Notes under the pieces: model-generated
Seen by the model: only the letters and a program-made list of their open reading frames with translations
Database searches by the model: none
Told to the model about the DNA's origin: nothing
Shown: positions 32,936 to 41,480 of the stretch, in pieces
How positions within the stretch are numbered: the stretch's first letter is position 1
Layout of the letters: every line of letters begins with the position of its first letter
Made by a program: the position numbers and the translations under genes
NCBI GenBank assembly: GCA_029884425.1
Contig: JAOUHV010000005.1
Coordinates: forward strand, 15,791-79,790
DNA from: Gammaproteobacteria bacterium
Lineage (GTDB): Bacteria > Pseudomonadota > Gammaproteobacteria > S012-40
Reading direction: 5' to 3'
DNA length: 64,000 nucleotides

Positions 32936-34408
32936 ATGGTTCGTATTCTCCTGCTGCTGATGTTGCCGATCTCTGCCCTGGCATGGGACAGCATCGAGCA
33001 GTTGCCCATACCGGAAAGTCGGGCGATGGTGCCCCAGGAGCGTGGCACCTTCAATCAAGCGGTGACCGCAATGATGAGTGGCGACGATGCCACCGCACGC
33101 CAGTTGCTGGCGCCGATGGCGGCTTCCGGGATTACCGATGCGCAATTGTCGCTGGCTACCTTGTTATCGCGCTCGCAGGTAGAGGACGATCAAAAGGAAT
33201 CGGTTAAATGGTTCTATTTTTCCGCAAACGCTGGTGTGTGGCGTTCTCAGTTGGAAATGGCCAAAGCGTATCGGACAGGACGATATGTCGCCCAGGACAG
33301 ATTAAAAGCCTACAAATGGTTGGTGCGTGCTTTGCCCTTGGGGGGCATTGATGTTCTGCAGCAAATGGACGGGCTGGGCAAAGAGCTGTACGCAACCGCA
33401 ACGGCAGAGTTGGATAATGGCAAGACGGCGCGGGCAGTGGAAATACTGACGCCATTGGCAGAATCAGGAATGTTGCCAGCGCAAGAAAAACTGGCAGAAC
33501 TTTATGCCCAACCTCCCACCACTCAGGATAGGCGGCAAAAAATGCGGCTGTGGCTGGATAAGGCTGCCGCTCAAGGTTCACAGTCGGCGCAATATGCACT
33601 GGCGAACATGATTCTGACGATGCCAAGCACCGATGTTACAGAAAAAAATTACGCTATTTCGTTACTGGAAAAATCCGCCGCGCCCGGCAAGGCTGAAGCC
33701 CAATACCAGTTGGGGCGAATGTACATGACTGGCGATGGAGTGGCGAAAAACACCGAGAAAGGACTGTATTACTACCGAATTGCGGCTGAACAAGGTCATC
33801 GTGAGGCCCAGTACGCGTTAGGTGTGCGCTACACCTTGGGCGAGGGCGTTGCCAACGACGATTTCGAAGCCCACCGCTGGTTTAAGCAGGCTGCCAATGA
33901 AGGTCATGCCAAGGCGCAGTACAACCTTGCACTTAGCTATAAGCATGGGCTGGGAACGGCAGTACAGCCAGAAAAGGCGGACTACTGGTTTAAGAAAGCC
34001 GCAGCAGAAGGTCTGACGCGCGGTAACGATAGCAAGAAGGCAAAAAATTCAGATTTGACCAAGTTGCCGGCCGATGCCGGTAAAGGCACAAAAAAAAACT
34101 GGGTAGAGCAGGTGAACGGCGCTAAGTGGTTTGCTGCATTGCCCAAACAAGGTTTCACCATTCAGGTGGTGACAGGCAATGAAGCGGAAGCAATAAGGGC
34201 ATTCATTCAAAACAATAAGTTGGCTGAAAATAAATATTTTCACTACGTCCAGCATAGTGGCACCAATAGCCGTCATGTGGTGCAGTGGGGTTATTTCAGT
34301 AGCTACGAAGAAGCCAAAAAAGCGGCAATACAAATTTCCAAAGGTTATACCCAATTTAAGCCTTGGATCAGATCGGTCGACAGTGTCAAAAAGAGTCTGC
34401 ATAGCTAG
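32936..34408 (+). CDS. Secreted Sel1-like repeat (SLR) protein with a C-terminal SPOR (peptidoglycan-binding) domain; first gene of the stator/FliG-like operon
   Basis: Signal peptide MVRILLLLMLPISALA, multiple Sel1 repeats (AQYALGVRYTLGEGV, AQYNLALSYKHGLG...), C-terminal SPOR-like FTIQVVTGNEAEAIRAF...WGYFSSYEEAKKA. 19-nt gap to the motA-like gene. Confidence 0.7.
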   Translation: MVRILLLLMLPISALAWDSIEQLPIPESRAMVPQERGTFNQAVTAMMSGDDATARQLLAPMAASGITDAQLSLATLLSRSQVEDDQKESVKWFYFSANAGVWRSQLEMAKAYRTGRYVAQDRLKAYKWLVRALPLGGIDVLQQMDGLGKELYATATAELDNGKTARAVEILTPLAESGMLPAQEKLAELYAQPPTTQDRRQKMRLWLDKAAAQGSQSAQYALANMILTMPSTDVTEKNYAISLLEKSAAPGKAEAQYQLGRMYMTGDGVAKNTEKGLYYYRIAAEQGHREAQYALGVRYTLGEGVANDDFEAHRWFKQAANEGHAKAQYNLALSYKHGLGTAVQPEKADYWFKKAAAEGLTRGNDSKKAKNSDLTKLPADAGKGTKKNWVEQVNGAKWFAALPKQGFTIQVVTGNEAEAIRAFIQNNKLAENKYFHYVQHSGTNSRHVVQWGYFSSYEEAKKAAIQISKGYTQFKPWIRSVDSVKKSLHS

Positions 34409-34427
34409 GCAGAGGGAGAGATAGCTC

Positions 34428-35252
34428 GTGTTTATATCGTGGGACACCTTATTTGGAATGTTGGCAGGGTTCGGCCTGTTTGCCTTTGCCATTGTTTCAT
34501 CGACAGACAACGCAATGATTTTCTGGAGCGTGGCCAGCCTGGCGATGGTTATCGGTGGTACGTTTGCCTCGATCATTATTTCCTATCACTCGCGTTATGT
34601 GTTCAAAACATTTAAGGCGCTATTCGCGATGATGGTGCCCATGCAGGTTTCGCCAACAACATTGCTTGGTGATGTTAGGTTGCTGCTGGAGTGGAGTCAG
34701 GAAGTCAGACAAAACGGCACAGCGGTGTTGGATGACAAACTGGAAAATGCAAGCAACAAGATGGATGGCTTCACCAAATATGGTTTGCTATTGCTGACGA
34801 CGGGCTACAAGGGCGATGAGCTGCGTGAATTACTGGAAGAATTCAAAGAAACCATCTTTGAACGTGCACAAGTTCAGGTAGGCGTGCTGAAAACCATGGC
34901 GGCCTATGCGCCGGCATTTGGCATGATTGGTACGCTGGTTGGTTTGATCATTATGCTGGACAACTTGAAAGGGGATGTCAGCGGCTTGGGACAGGGGTTG
35001 GCACTGGCATTGATTACGACGTTATACGGTGTATTGGCAGCTAATCTGGTGTTTAAACCGGCGGCATTAAAAACCGACCAGAAAAACAATACTGCAAGAT
35101 TTAGAAATACATTAATGATCGAGGGTTTTGTGATGCTAAGTACCAAGACCGAGCCACTTAAGATGCAAGATAAATTGAATAGCTTTCTCGATCCCGAGTT
35201 GCATTTTGACATGCTCACTCCTGATGCCGGTAAAAAAGGGAAAAAGAAATAG
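34428..35252 (+). CDS. MotA/PomA-family stator protein (4-TM proton channel subunit), non-flagellar context
   Basis: Topology TM1-TM2, a ~110-aa charged cytoplasmic loop, then TM3-TM4 with PAFGMIGTLVGLI and ITTLYGVLAANL motifs. This matches MotA/PomA rather than the 3-TM TolQ/ExbB layout. Confidence 0.8.
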   Translation: MFISWDTLFGMLAGFGLFAFAIVSSTDNAMIFWSVASLAMVIGGTFASIIISYHSRYVFKTFKALFAMMVPMQVSPTTLLGDVRLLLEWSQEVRQNGTAVLDDKLENASNKMDGFTKYGLLLLTTGYKGDELRELLEEFKETIFERAQVQVGVLKTMAAYAPAFGMIGTLVGLIIMLDNLKGDVSGLGQGLALALITTLYGVLAANLVFKPAALKTDQKNNTARFRNTLMIEGFVMLSTKTEPLKMQDKLNSFLDPELHFDMLTPDAGKKGKKK

Positions 35253-35258
35253 CATCCT

Positions 35259-35975
35259 ATGTCGATTAAAAAACTGGGGCGTAGGCGCCGTGAACGCATG
35301 GAAAACAAGGATGAGGGTGAAGACTGGTTGCTTACCTATAGCGATACGGTCACGCTGATTATGACCTTCTTTGTGCTGATGCTGTCTGTGTCTACCATCG
35401 ATCAGGCAAAGTTCGATGCGGTTACCGAGGCGGTGAAAGAGCATGGTCTTTCCGGGAATGGCAAATATGTATCACCTTTTGAGGTTTTAAAAGAAAAAAT
35501 GGATCAGGTGACGACCAACTATCATCTGCAAAAAGACATGACGGTGGTACGAGAACCTAAGGGTTTGACTATCGAGTTGTCATCTTCAGCGCTGTATGAA
35601 GTAGGTAGTGCTGATATACAAGAAGAAGCCAAAAATGCCTTGAATGCTGTTGCTGAGGCCATCAAGAATTTTGAGTATCCACGCTATCGGATAGAAGTGG
35701 AAGGTCATACCGATGACGTGGCGATAAGTACACAGCGGTATCCATCCAATTGGGAATTGTCGGTACATCGTGCGACTAATGTGGTTCGTTATTTGACGCA
35801 GGAGGGCGTTCCACAAAGCAAGATGAAGGCTACAGGATATGCCGACACCAGACCTAAAGTGCCAAATTTGGACGACAACGGTGAACCAATTGCAGAAAAT
35901 CGGGCAATTAACCGAAGAATAGTTATACATGTGGAGCGTGACGACAACCCAGTCACCAAAGGGGATAAGAAGTGA
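35259..35975 (+). CDS. MotB/PomB-family stator protein with a C-terminal OmpA-like peptidoglycan-binding domain
   Basis: Basic N-terminus, single TM with the conserved Asp (LLTYSDTVTLIMTFFVLM), OmpA-like domain (NWELSVHRATNVVRYL...NRRIVI). Confidence 0.8.
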   Translation: MSIKKLGRRRRERMENKDEGEDWLLTYSDTVTLIMTFFVLMLSVSTIDQAKFDAVTEAVKEHGLSGNGKYVSPFEVLKEKMDQVTTNYHLQKDMTVVREPKGLTIELSSSALYEVGSADIQEEAKNALNAVAEAIKNFEYPRYRIEVEGHTDDVAISTQRYPSNWELSVHRATNVVRYLTQEGVPQSKMKATGYADTRPKVPNLDDNGEPIAENRAINRRIVIHVERDDNPVTKGDKK

Positions 35976-37090
35976 GTACGCAAACAACATATCACCAACG
36001 ACCGAATATGGTGCTGATGCTGATGATTGGTTTCGTTCTGCAAATGACCGTTTTTGGTGAGGTGCTGGCTGCTGAGACCGAAATCAAGCAGATCCGCTAC
36101 GGTGCACACAAGTCGGAAAATATGGCCTATGCCGATGAGTTAATGAAATTTAGTGAAATGCTGAATTCTGAGCAAATACTGTCGATGGCCGAATTGAATA
36201 AGATGGATTTCGCGGTTCGCTCGGTGGCGTTTTATCGCATTGGTGATCGACAGAATAAGTTGTTTGATCGTCATTTTTACGAAACGATCGAGCAGAAGAT
36301 GATTAACAAATTCACAGGTTTGAATCGTTTCTCCATACATGAATGTTTTGAATGTAAGACGACGCGGGTGTTGCTCAAGGAAAAGCAATTTTCAGTGCTT
36401 CGCCAATTGGATTCTAACGAGAGTCTAAAAGAGCTGGGTGAAAAAATAGGAGTAGATCACTTTATTCTGTGGGATGCCTACATGCACAAAGACAGCCCTA
36501 TGCTCAATATTCGTGTTGTGAGTGCGGCGAGTGGACAGGTTCGCTGGAGTCGGCAATATCAGGGTGAGCAGCAATTGCAAGAACTCAATTGGGAGTTTTA
36601 TACCTCGGTTTGGGGTGTTGAGGCGGTACGTCAAGCCAAAACAACGGCGAACTATGATTCTGTGGTTACGCCCATCATCGCGGTGGGTTTTCGTCGATTG
36701 GCAGAGTCGACGATTTCCAAGCGCTTATTCTACGGATATGGAGCTGAAGCTTTTTTTAACACCGAGGGACGCGCCGAAATTGATATATATGGTTTTGATG
36801 TTAACGGCCGCGTAGCGATTGAGTTGGATCCATCCCTGGGGATGGAAGATAAAACCTACGGTAACTGGTTGGCTTATTTTTCAGTGGGACAGGCATTTTT
36901 GTTGAATACGCCGACCCTGGTGATGCGTTCAGGTATCGAAATGCGGATCAATAAAAAGAGTTTTATCGATTTGGGAACGGTGACAATAAAAGAGAAAGAA
37001 TTTGAAGTGCGTGCCAATAGTAAATATGTCAGCAAGGCAACCATTGGCGGCACAAATTATGATCTAACCATTGGCTACCGATTTCAATGA
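35972..37090 (+). CDS. Secreted protein of unknown function, 372 aa, with a beta-rich C-terminal half
   Basis: Signal peptide; C-terminus ...NYDLTIGYRFQ is beta-strand-like. Translationally coupled to its neighbours by 4-nt overlaps. Confidence 0.45.
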   Translation: MSTQTTYHQRPNMVLMLMIGFVLQMTVFGEVLAAETEIKQIRYGAHKSENMAYADELMKFSEMLNSEQILSMAELNKMDFAVRSVAFYRIGDRQNKLFDRHFYETIEQKMINKFTGLNRFSIHECFECKTTRVLLKEKQFSVLRQLDSNESLKELGEKIGVDHFILWDAYMHKDSPMLNIRVVSAASGQVRWSRQYQGEQQLQELNWEFYTSVWGVEAVRQAKTTANYDSVVTPIIAVGFRRLAESTISKRLFYGYGAEAFFNTEGRAEIDIYGFDVNGRVAIELDPSLGMEDKTYGNWLAYFSVGQAFLLNTPTLVMRSGIEMRINKKSFIDLGTVTIKEKEFEVRANSKYVSKATIGGTNYDLTIGYRFQ

Positions 37091-37698
37091 GGATAGCAAT
37101 GATGAACAGAAAAAAATGGATAATTGGGCTGGCACTTCTGATGATATTGTCCGCATGCGGTACAACCGAAGAGCGACTGGATGCTGCTGAAAGTCAGGTA
37201 GCGGAATCATCGTCAGAAGAAGATTTGCCCGTGACACCCGAAGGAACGGCATTGACCAAGCAGCCAGGTATGATCAAGATTGAGCGGCACACACCAGGTT
37301 ACACCATCAGTATGATGCTGGATGCCACTGACGACAATGTATATTTTGTGATGGACTTGCCACCTGAGGAGCTGCAAAAGAATCAGGAGCCAGAGAATTC
37401 AAAGCAAACACCACAAAATAAGGCGTCCCAGTCGGTGCAAGACAATGGTTCTGGTGGTGCCAACAAACATGTCCTTTATGCCCAGACCTATTTTTTTGAA
37501 AAAAAATATGATCGCGCCATGAACGAAATAGATCGTTCGCTGGAAAAAGATCCAAACAATGCGGTGGCATATTCATTGAAAGGGTCGATCCACTATAAGC
37601 GTGGTGAAAAATCTAAAGCAGTACAGGCGTGGGAAAAGTCCCTGGAAATTGATCCAAACCAGGATAACGTCAAAAAAATGCTAAATAATCTGAAATAG
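37087..37698 (+). CDS. Outer-membrane TPR-repeat lipoprotein
   Basis: Lipobox LLMILSAC followed by G at +2; two C-terminal TPR repeats (YAQTYFFEKKYDRAMNEIDRSLEKDPNNAVAYSLKGSIHYKRGE...). Confidence 0.65.
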   Translation: MRIAMMNRKKWIIGLALLMILSACGTTEERLDAAESQVAESSSEEDLPVTPEGTALTKQPGMIKIERHTPGYTISMMLDATDDNVYFVMDLPPEELQKNQEPENSKQTPQNKASQSVQDNGSGGANKHVLYAQTYFFEKKYDRAMNEIDRSLEKDPNNAVAYSLKGSIHYKRGEKSKAVQAWEKSLEIDPNQDNVKKMLNNLK

Positions 37699-37712
37699 TT
37701 GGGTACGACACA

Positions 37713-39875
37713 ATGGCGTATTCGGTGAAGATAAGACTGGGTTCAATGCGGTGGCTGTTGCTGGGAATGATCGGCATGGTGTGGATGCCTGTGGCACAGC
37801 CGGAGGAAGAAACCCAGCGTGTTGCCGTAAGCCAGGTTGAGCAATCGCGATTTGACCGGGATCTTGAAGCCCGTTTAAGTCGAGACATTAAGGCATATTT
37901 GGATCACGATTTCTTTATCGTTCAAGCAAAATCTCTGCTGGAAAAATTAAACGCCTATGAAACCAGTAAGCAAAAAATAACCGTTCCGGTAGAACCATCG
38001 GCGCAGCAAGCCAAAGCGCAGCAGCAACAGGATGCAGCACGACAGGAGTTGCTGAATCAAATGGAGTTGGAAACAGAAGACGGCATTAATGCGCAAAATG
38101 CAGAGCAAGCCGAAGATGTGAGCGATCTTGCCTTGCCAGGCTTGCCAGTTTCAGAACAAACATTTGCACAGCAAACCAATGCGCAACAGAAACAACGTCA
38201 GGCTCAGAAACAGCCAATGATGTCGGCGCCGGTTCCACAAATGACCCCTGCATTTGAAACGCGTGAAGAAACCAAAAAAGAGTTGAAGGACTCGCGCATT
38301 GATATCAAACAATTGTCCGTCAAAGTGGTGTTGGATAATCATGTAACACCCGAGCAGGAAACGTTTATTCGCAATCTGGTAATTGAAAAAGCCAATGTGA
38401 ATTTTATCCGTGGCGATGAGTTACGGCTGGTCAGAACAAATTTTCCGGGTGCGACGGTGCTTGATCCCAAGCCTGTTGAAGAAAAGGCAGAAGATAAAGA
38501 AGAAAAATCAGTTGAGCCGGAAAAACCGCTGCCAACGGAGGCGGAGAAAGATGCACAACAGCGCGCACTGGCGTGGCTGGAACAATATTGGCCATATCTC
38601 GCAGCAATCTTAGCGCTGGTGTTGTTGTGGTTGATGTTGCGGCGCAACAATAAAGCTCAGACTAATGCCCCATCGGCTCAAACCACACCGGTGAGTGATT
38701 CCAAAGATAAGCTGGATGCATTTATCGAAAAATTGAGCTTTGCTCAGGATAATGTGGCCGACCAGAAATTGCGTGCACTACGCGAAGAGCTGGTGAGTAT
38801 GACGGTGACTGAGCGAAACCTGTTTACCGGGCAAATGGTGGATTGGTTGAATGCCGGCGGTCAGGAGGATGTGGCGCGTGTCGCGGCGGTAGTGAATCTC
38901 GTCGGTCCCGGCTTAATGGTAGGTTTGCTCAAGGGACAGATCGACGGCGAGAAATTAATGGGCCTGTTGGCCATGGCTGAGGAGTTGGCGCGGGATAATT
39001 CGCCATCTGAGTTGATGGAAAAAGTTGAACAGGCCTATCAAACCCTGGCACGTCGGCGCTTGCAGGAAAATATTACTGAGGAACATAAAATTCGGCCGTT
39101 CGATTTCCTTGAGCGCTTGAATGATGATCAAATTCTGTATTTGTTAAATGACGAGCGTATGCCTGTGCGTGCGTTGGTTTATTCGCAATTGCCAGCGGAG
39201 CGTGCAGCTGGATTGCTCAAGCGCATTGGTGGTGATGATCGTGCCGCCTTGGCCATGGAAATCAGTCGTTTTTCGCATTTGCCGGCAGCATCGTTCCGCG
39301 ATATCGCAAATCGTTTGGCGCGCAAGGCAGTGGATGTGCCCAGCTTTGCCAATATTGCGGTGGATGGCGTGGATGTGCTTATCGGCATGCTGGATCATCT
39401 CGATAGTTCTGAGGAAACAGCATTGTTGCTCAACGTCCGTCAGACCAATCCCGATTTGTACTATCGCATCAAGCAGGTGTACATCAGCTTTAATGATCTG
39501 GTGAGCTTGCCTACATTGGCGCTGAAGAATTTGATTCGCGAAGTCAGTCGCGAGGATTTGGCGATGGCTTTGCACGATGTTGACGATACTTTCCGTGATA
39601 CGATTCTGGCTTCTATGCTTGAGCGGCCGCGTGCCATGCTGGTTGCTGCGATCCGGGACTTGAAGGATGTGAATCCGCTGGCAGTGAATGAAGCCAAGCG
39701 CAAGGTAGCGCGCCGCGCCCGCTCCATGCTCAAAGCCGGTGAATTTAAATTGCCGTCGCCAGAAGCCAAAACCGCACAATCGACGCCTAAGCCCAAAGCG
39801 GCAACGGCTGAGGCTCCGTCAGGCAAGCCCGCGCCGCCTGCACCTCCTCCCCCGCAAGCGCCACCATCCAAATAA
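37713..39875 (+). CDS. Two-TM inner-membrane protein with a FliF-RBM3-like periplasmic segment and a cytoplasmic full-length FliG-like (N/M/C) module: a candidate minimal FliF-FliG-fusion-like rotor protein
   Basis: TM1 at ~aa 13-27; periplasmic aa 28-292 with a Gln/Ala-rich region and IDIKQLSVKVVLDNH...RGDELRLVRTNFPG (compare FliF IERLSVAVVVNY...RGDTLNVVNSPF); TM2 LAAILALVLLWLML; FliG_M-like IRPFDFLERLNDDQILYLLNDERMPVRALVYSQLPAERAAGLL; FliG_C-like FNDLVSLPTLALKNLIREVSREDLAMALHDVDDTFRDTILASMLERPRAMLVAAIRDL...; Pro-rich tail. Confidence 0.6.
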   Translation: MAYSVKIRLGSMRWLLLGMIGMVWMPVAQPEEETQRVAVSQVEQSRFDRDLEARLSRDIKAYLDHDFFIVQAKSLLEKLNAYETSKQKITVPVEPSAQQAKAQQQQDAARQELLNQMELETEDGINAQNAEQAEDVSDLALPGLPVSEQTFAQQTNAQQKQRQAQKQPMMSAPVPQMTPAFETREETKKELKDSRIDIKQLSVKVVLDNHVTPEQETFIRNLVIEKANVNFIRGDELRLVRTNFPGATVLDPKPVEEKAEDKEEKSVEPEKPLPTEAEKDAQQRALAWLEQYWPYLAAILALVLLWLMLRRNNKAQTNAPSAQTTPVSDSKDKLDAFIEKLSFAQDNVADQKLRALREELVSMTVTERNLFTGQMVDWLNAGGQEDVARVAAVVNLVGPGLMVGLLKGQIDGEKLMGLLAMAEELARDNSPSELMEKVEQAYQTLARRRLQENITEEHKIRPFDFLERLNDDQILYLLNDERMPVRALVYSQLPAERAAGLLKRIGGDDRAALAMEISRFSHLPAASFRDIANRLARKAVDVPSFANIAVDGVDVLIGMLDHLDSSEETALLLNVRQTNPDLYYRIKQVYISFNDLVSLPTLALKNLIREVSREDLAMALHDVDDTFRDTILASMLERPRAMLVAAIRDLKDVNPLAVNEAKRKVARRARSMLKAGEFKLPSPEAKTAQSTPKPKAATAEAPSGKPAPPAPPPPQAPPSK

Positions 39876-39880
39876 CCGCA

Positions 39881-39909
39881 AAGAGAGCTATTGGCTCTCT
39901 TTGTTTTTG
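39881..39909 (+). terminator. Rho-independent terminator ending the stator/FliG-like operon
   Basis: aagagagc-tattg-gctctctt hairpin plus a T-run. Confidence 0.7.
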
Positions 39910-40241
39910 GGCGAATAAAATCTTTTGATATCACGCAGATAAAAGCGCTTTGCTAAAAAGCGGGCAATAGTGGCAAATGCGTCACAAAATATACTCTGCC
40001 GAAAGCGTAGGATAACCCATTGTATTTATAGAAAAAAAATTTCTCCGTAGATCAAATATTAATTTTGTCACACATATTAAGCTTTGTATTACAAAAGTTG
40101 TTGAAAAAACGGTCGATGCAGTATTAAGGCCCGCTTTCTGCAGATGTAACTGTTGGACTGAACAAGGATTTGGCAATTTTGTCTGTCTGAATGTTGCACA
40201 TTAACGGCGCTGAACCCAGGACGGTGACTCGTACTCTGTGA

Positions 40242-41480
40242 TTGTTAATTGGACTGTCTATGTCAAAAGCTAGCAAACCTGTGATCCATAGGTTGCGGTG
40301 CTGCGTTTTAGTGGCATTGCTGGCTTTGCCGTTGCTCAGTTGGGCGGAGGACCGGGTGATGTCAGTCTATACGATGGGAGCTGTGACCATCCTGCCAAGT
40401 GTAGGCCTGGAATACCGGCATGACGATAATATTTTTTCCGCCAACCAGGGTCAGAAGGCATCTGATGTAGGTGTAGCAAATTCGAGCATTGCCGCCAAAA
40501 TCAGCAATGATATTAGCGAGGGCGCGCTGTTGTACTCGGTAGAGAAAGGCACTTATCAAAGCAGCCCCGAGGATGACTATCTGGATCAGCGAGCAGGACT
40601 TGGTTTTCATCATGCGTTTCGGCGATGGGCCATCATTGATCTCGCGTTAGGGCAAGATCAGTTGCACGAAGCGCGTGGGCAAGGTTACAGCCAGGGTAAA
40701 GCTGATTTACTGCCAGCGCCGGATTTATATGTCACAGATACGGCGAATTTCCTGTTTCGGCTGGGGACGCGGCGATCACAAGGTATGTTTGAATCGCAAT
40801 TGGCGGGAACTTCGCTGCGCTATACCACACGTGAGGCACAAACCGCGGGCCGGAATAACGATTACATTTCCGGACGACTGACCTACCATTTTAATCTTTC
40901 CAGCAAAACCAGTTTGCTCGCAGAAACGCGTTATGGGCAGTACGACTACATCAACGAAACCTCGCTCATTCGTCGTGACAGCAGTGAGCAGCACTATTAT
41001 CTCGGGTTGTCGTGGGAGCTCAGTAGTCTTAGTCGAGGTTCCATCAGAGTCGGACAGCAAAAAAAGATATTTGTTGATCAGGCATTGATGGCGGATAGCA
41101 GCAATAGTTGGGAAATGAAGCTGTTCTGGAAGCCAACACCACTGGCGAGCATCAAATTCGGTACGTCTGCAAAAAATCAGGAAAGTGTGGGAATGGGCAG
41201 TCATGTTTACAGTGAGGCTGGATTTTTCGCGATCAAAAACTCACTGACCAAGCGGTTGGGCATGGATATGAGTACGCAAATCACCAAGAACAGCTATCGC
41301 CCAAGCGGACGCAACGAGCTGTTGGGAGCAGTTGCAGCCAAAGTGATTTATAGCTCGAATCGCTGGATACATCTAGATTTCGGCATAGATCATGAACAAC
41401 GTAGAAGTGACCAGGCGATGATGAATTATCGCCGAAGCATCGTCAGCATGGGGATTCGAATCAGTCCGAAAGATGATTAA
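40242..41480 (+). CDS. Outer-membrane beta-barrel protein, putative partner of the short Wza-like exporter
   Basis: Signal peptide, alternating amphipathic beta-strand pattern throughout. 8-nt overlap with the downstream Wza-like gene. Confidence 0.5.
   Translation: MLIGLSMSKASKPVIHRLRCCVLVALLALPLLSWAEDRVMSVYTMGAVTILPSVGLEYRHDDNIFSANQGQKASDVGVANSSIAAKISNDISEGALLYSVEKGTYQSSPEDDYLDQRAGLGFHHAFRRWAIIDLALGQDQLHEARGQGYSQGKADLLPAPDLYVTDTANFLFRLGTRRSQGMFESQLAGTSLRYTTREAQTAGRNNDYISGRLTYHFNLSSKTSLLAETRYGQYDYINETSLIRRDSSEQHYYLGLSWELSSLSRGSIRVGQQKKIFVDQALMADSSNSWEMKLFWKPTPLASIKFGTSAKNQESVGMGSHVYSEAGFFAIKNSLTKRLGMDMSTQITKNSYRPSGRNELLGAVAAKVIYSSNRWIHLDFGIDHEQRRSDQAMMNYRRSIVSMGIRISPKDD

Noticed and set aside
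34428-35975. Zorya-type (ZorAB) anti-phage system, or a TolQR/ExbBD energiser
   Set aside because: The A subunit is short (274 aa, 4 TM) and lacks the long ZorA cytoplasmic tail. No ZorC/ZorD-like genes are present. The B subunit has an OmpA-like PG-binding domain, absent from TolR/ExbD. Co-operonic FliG-like and FliF-like domains point to a rotor/stator logic instead.
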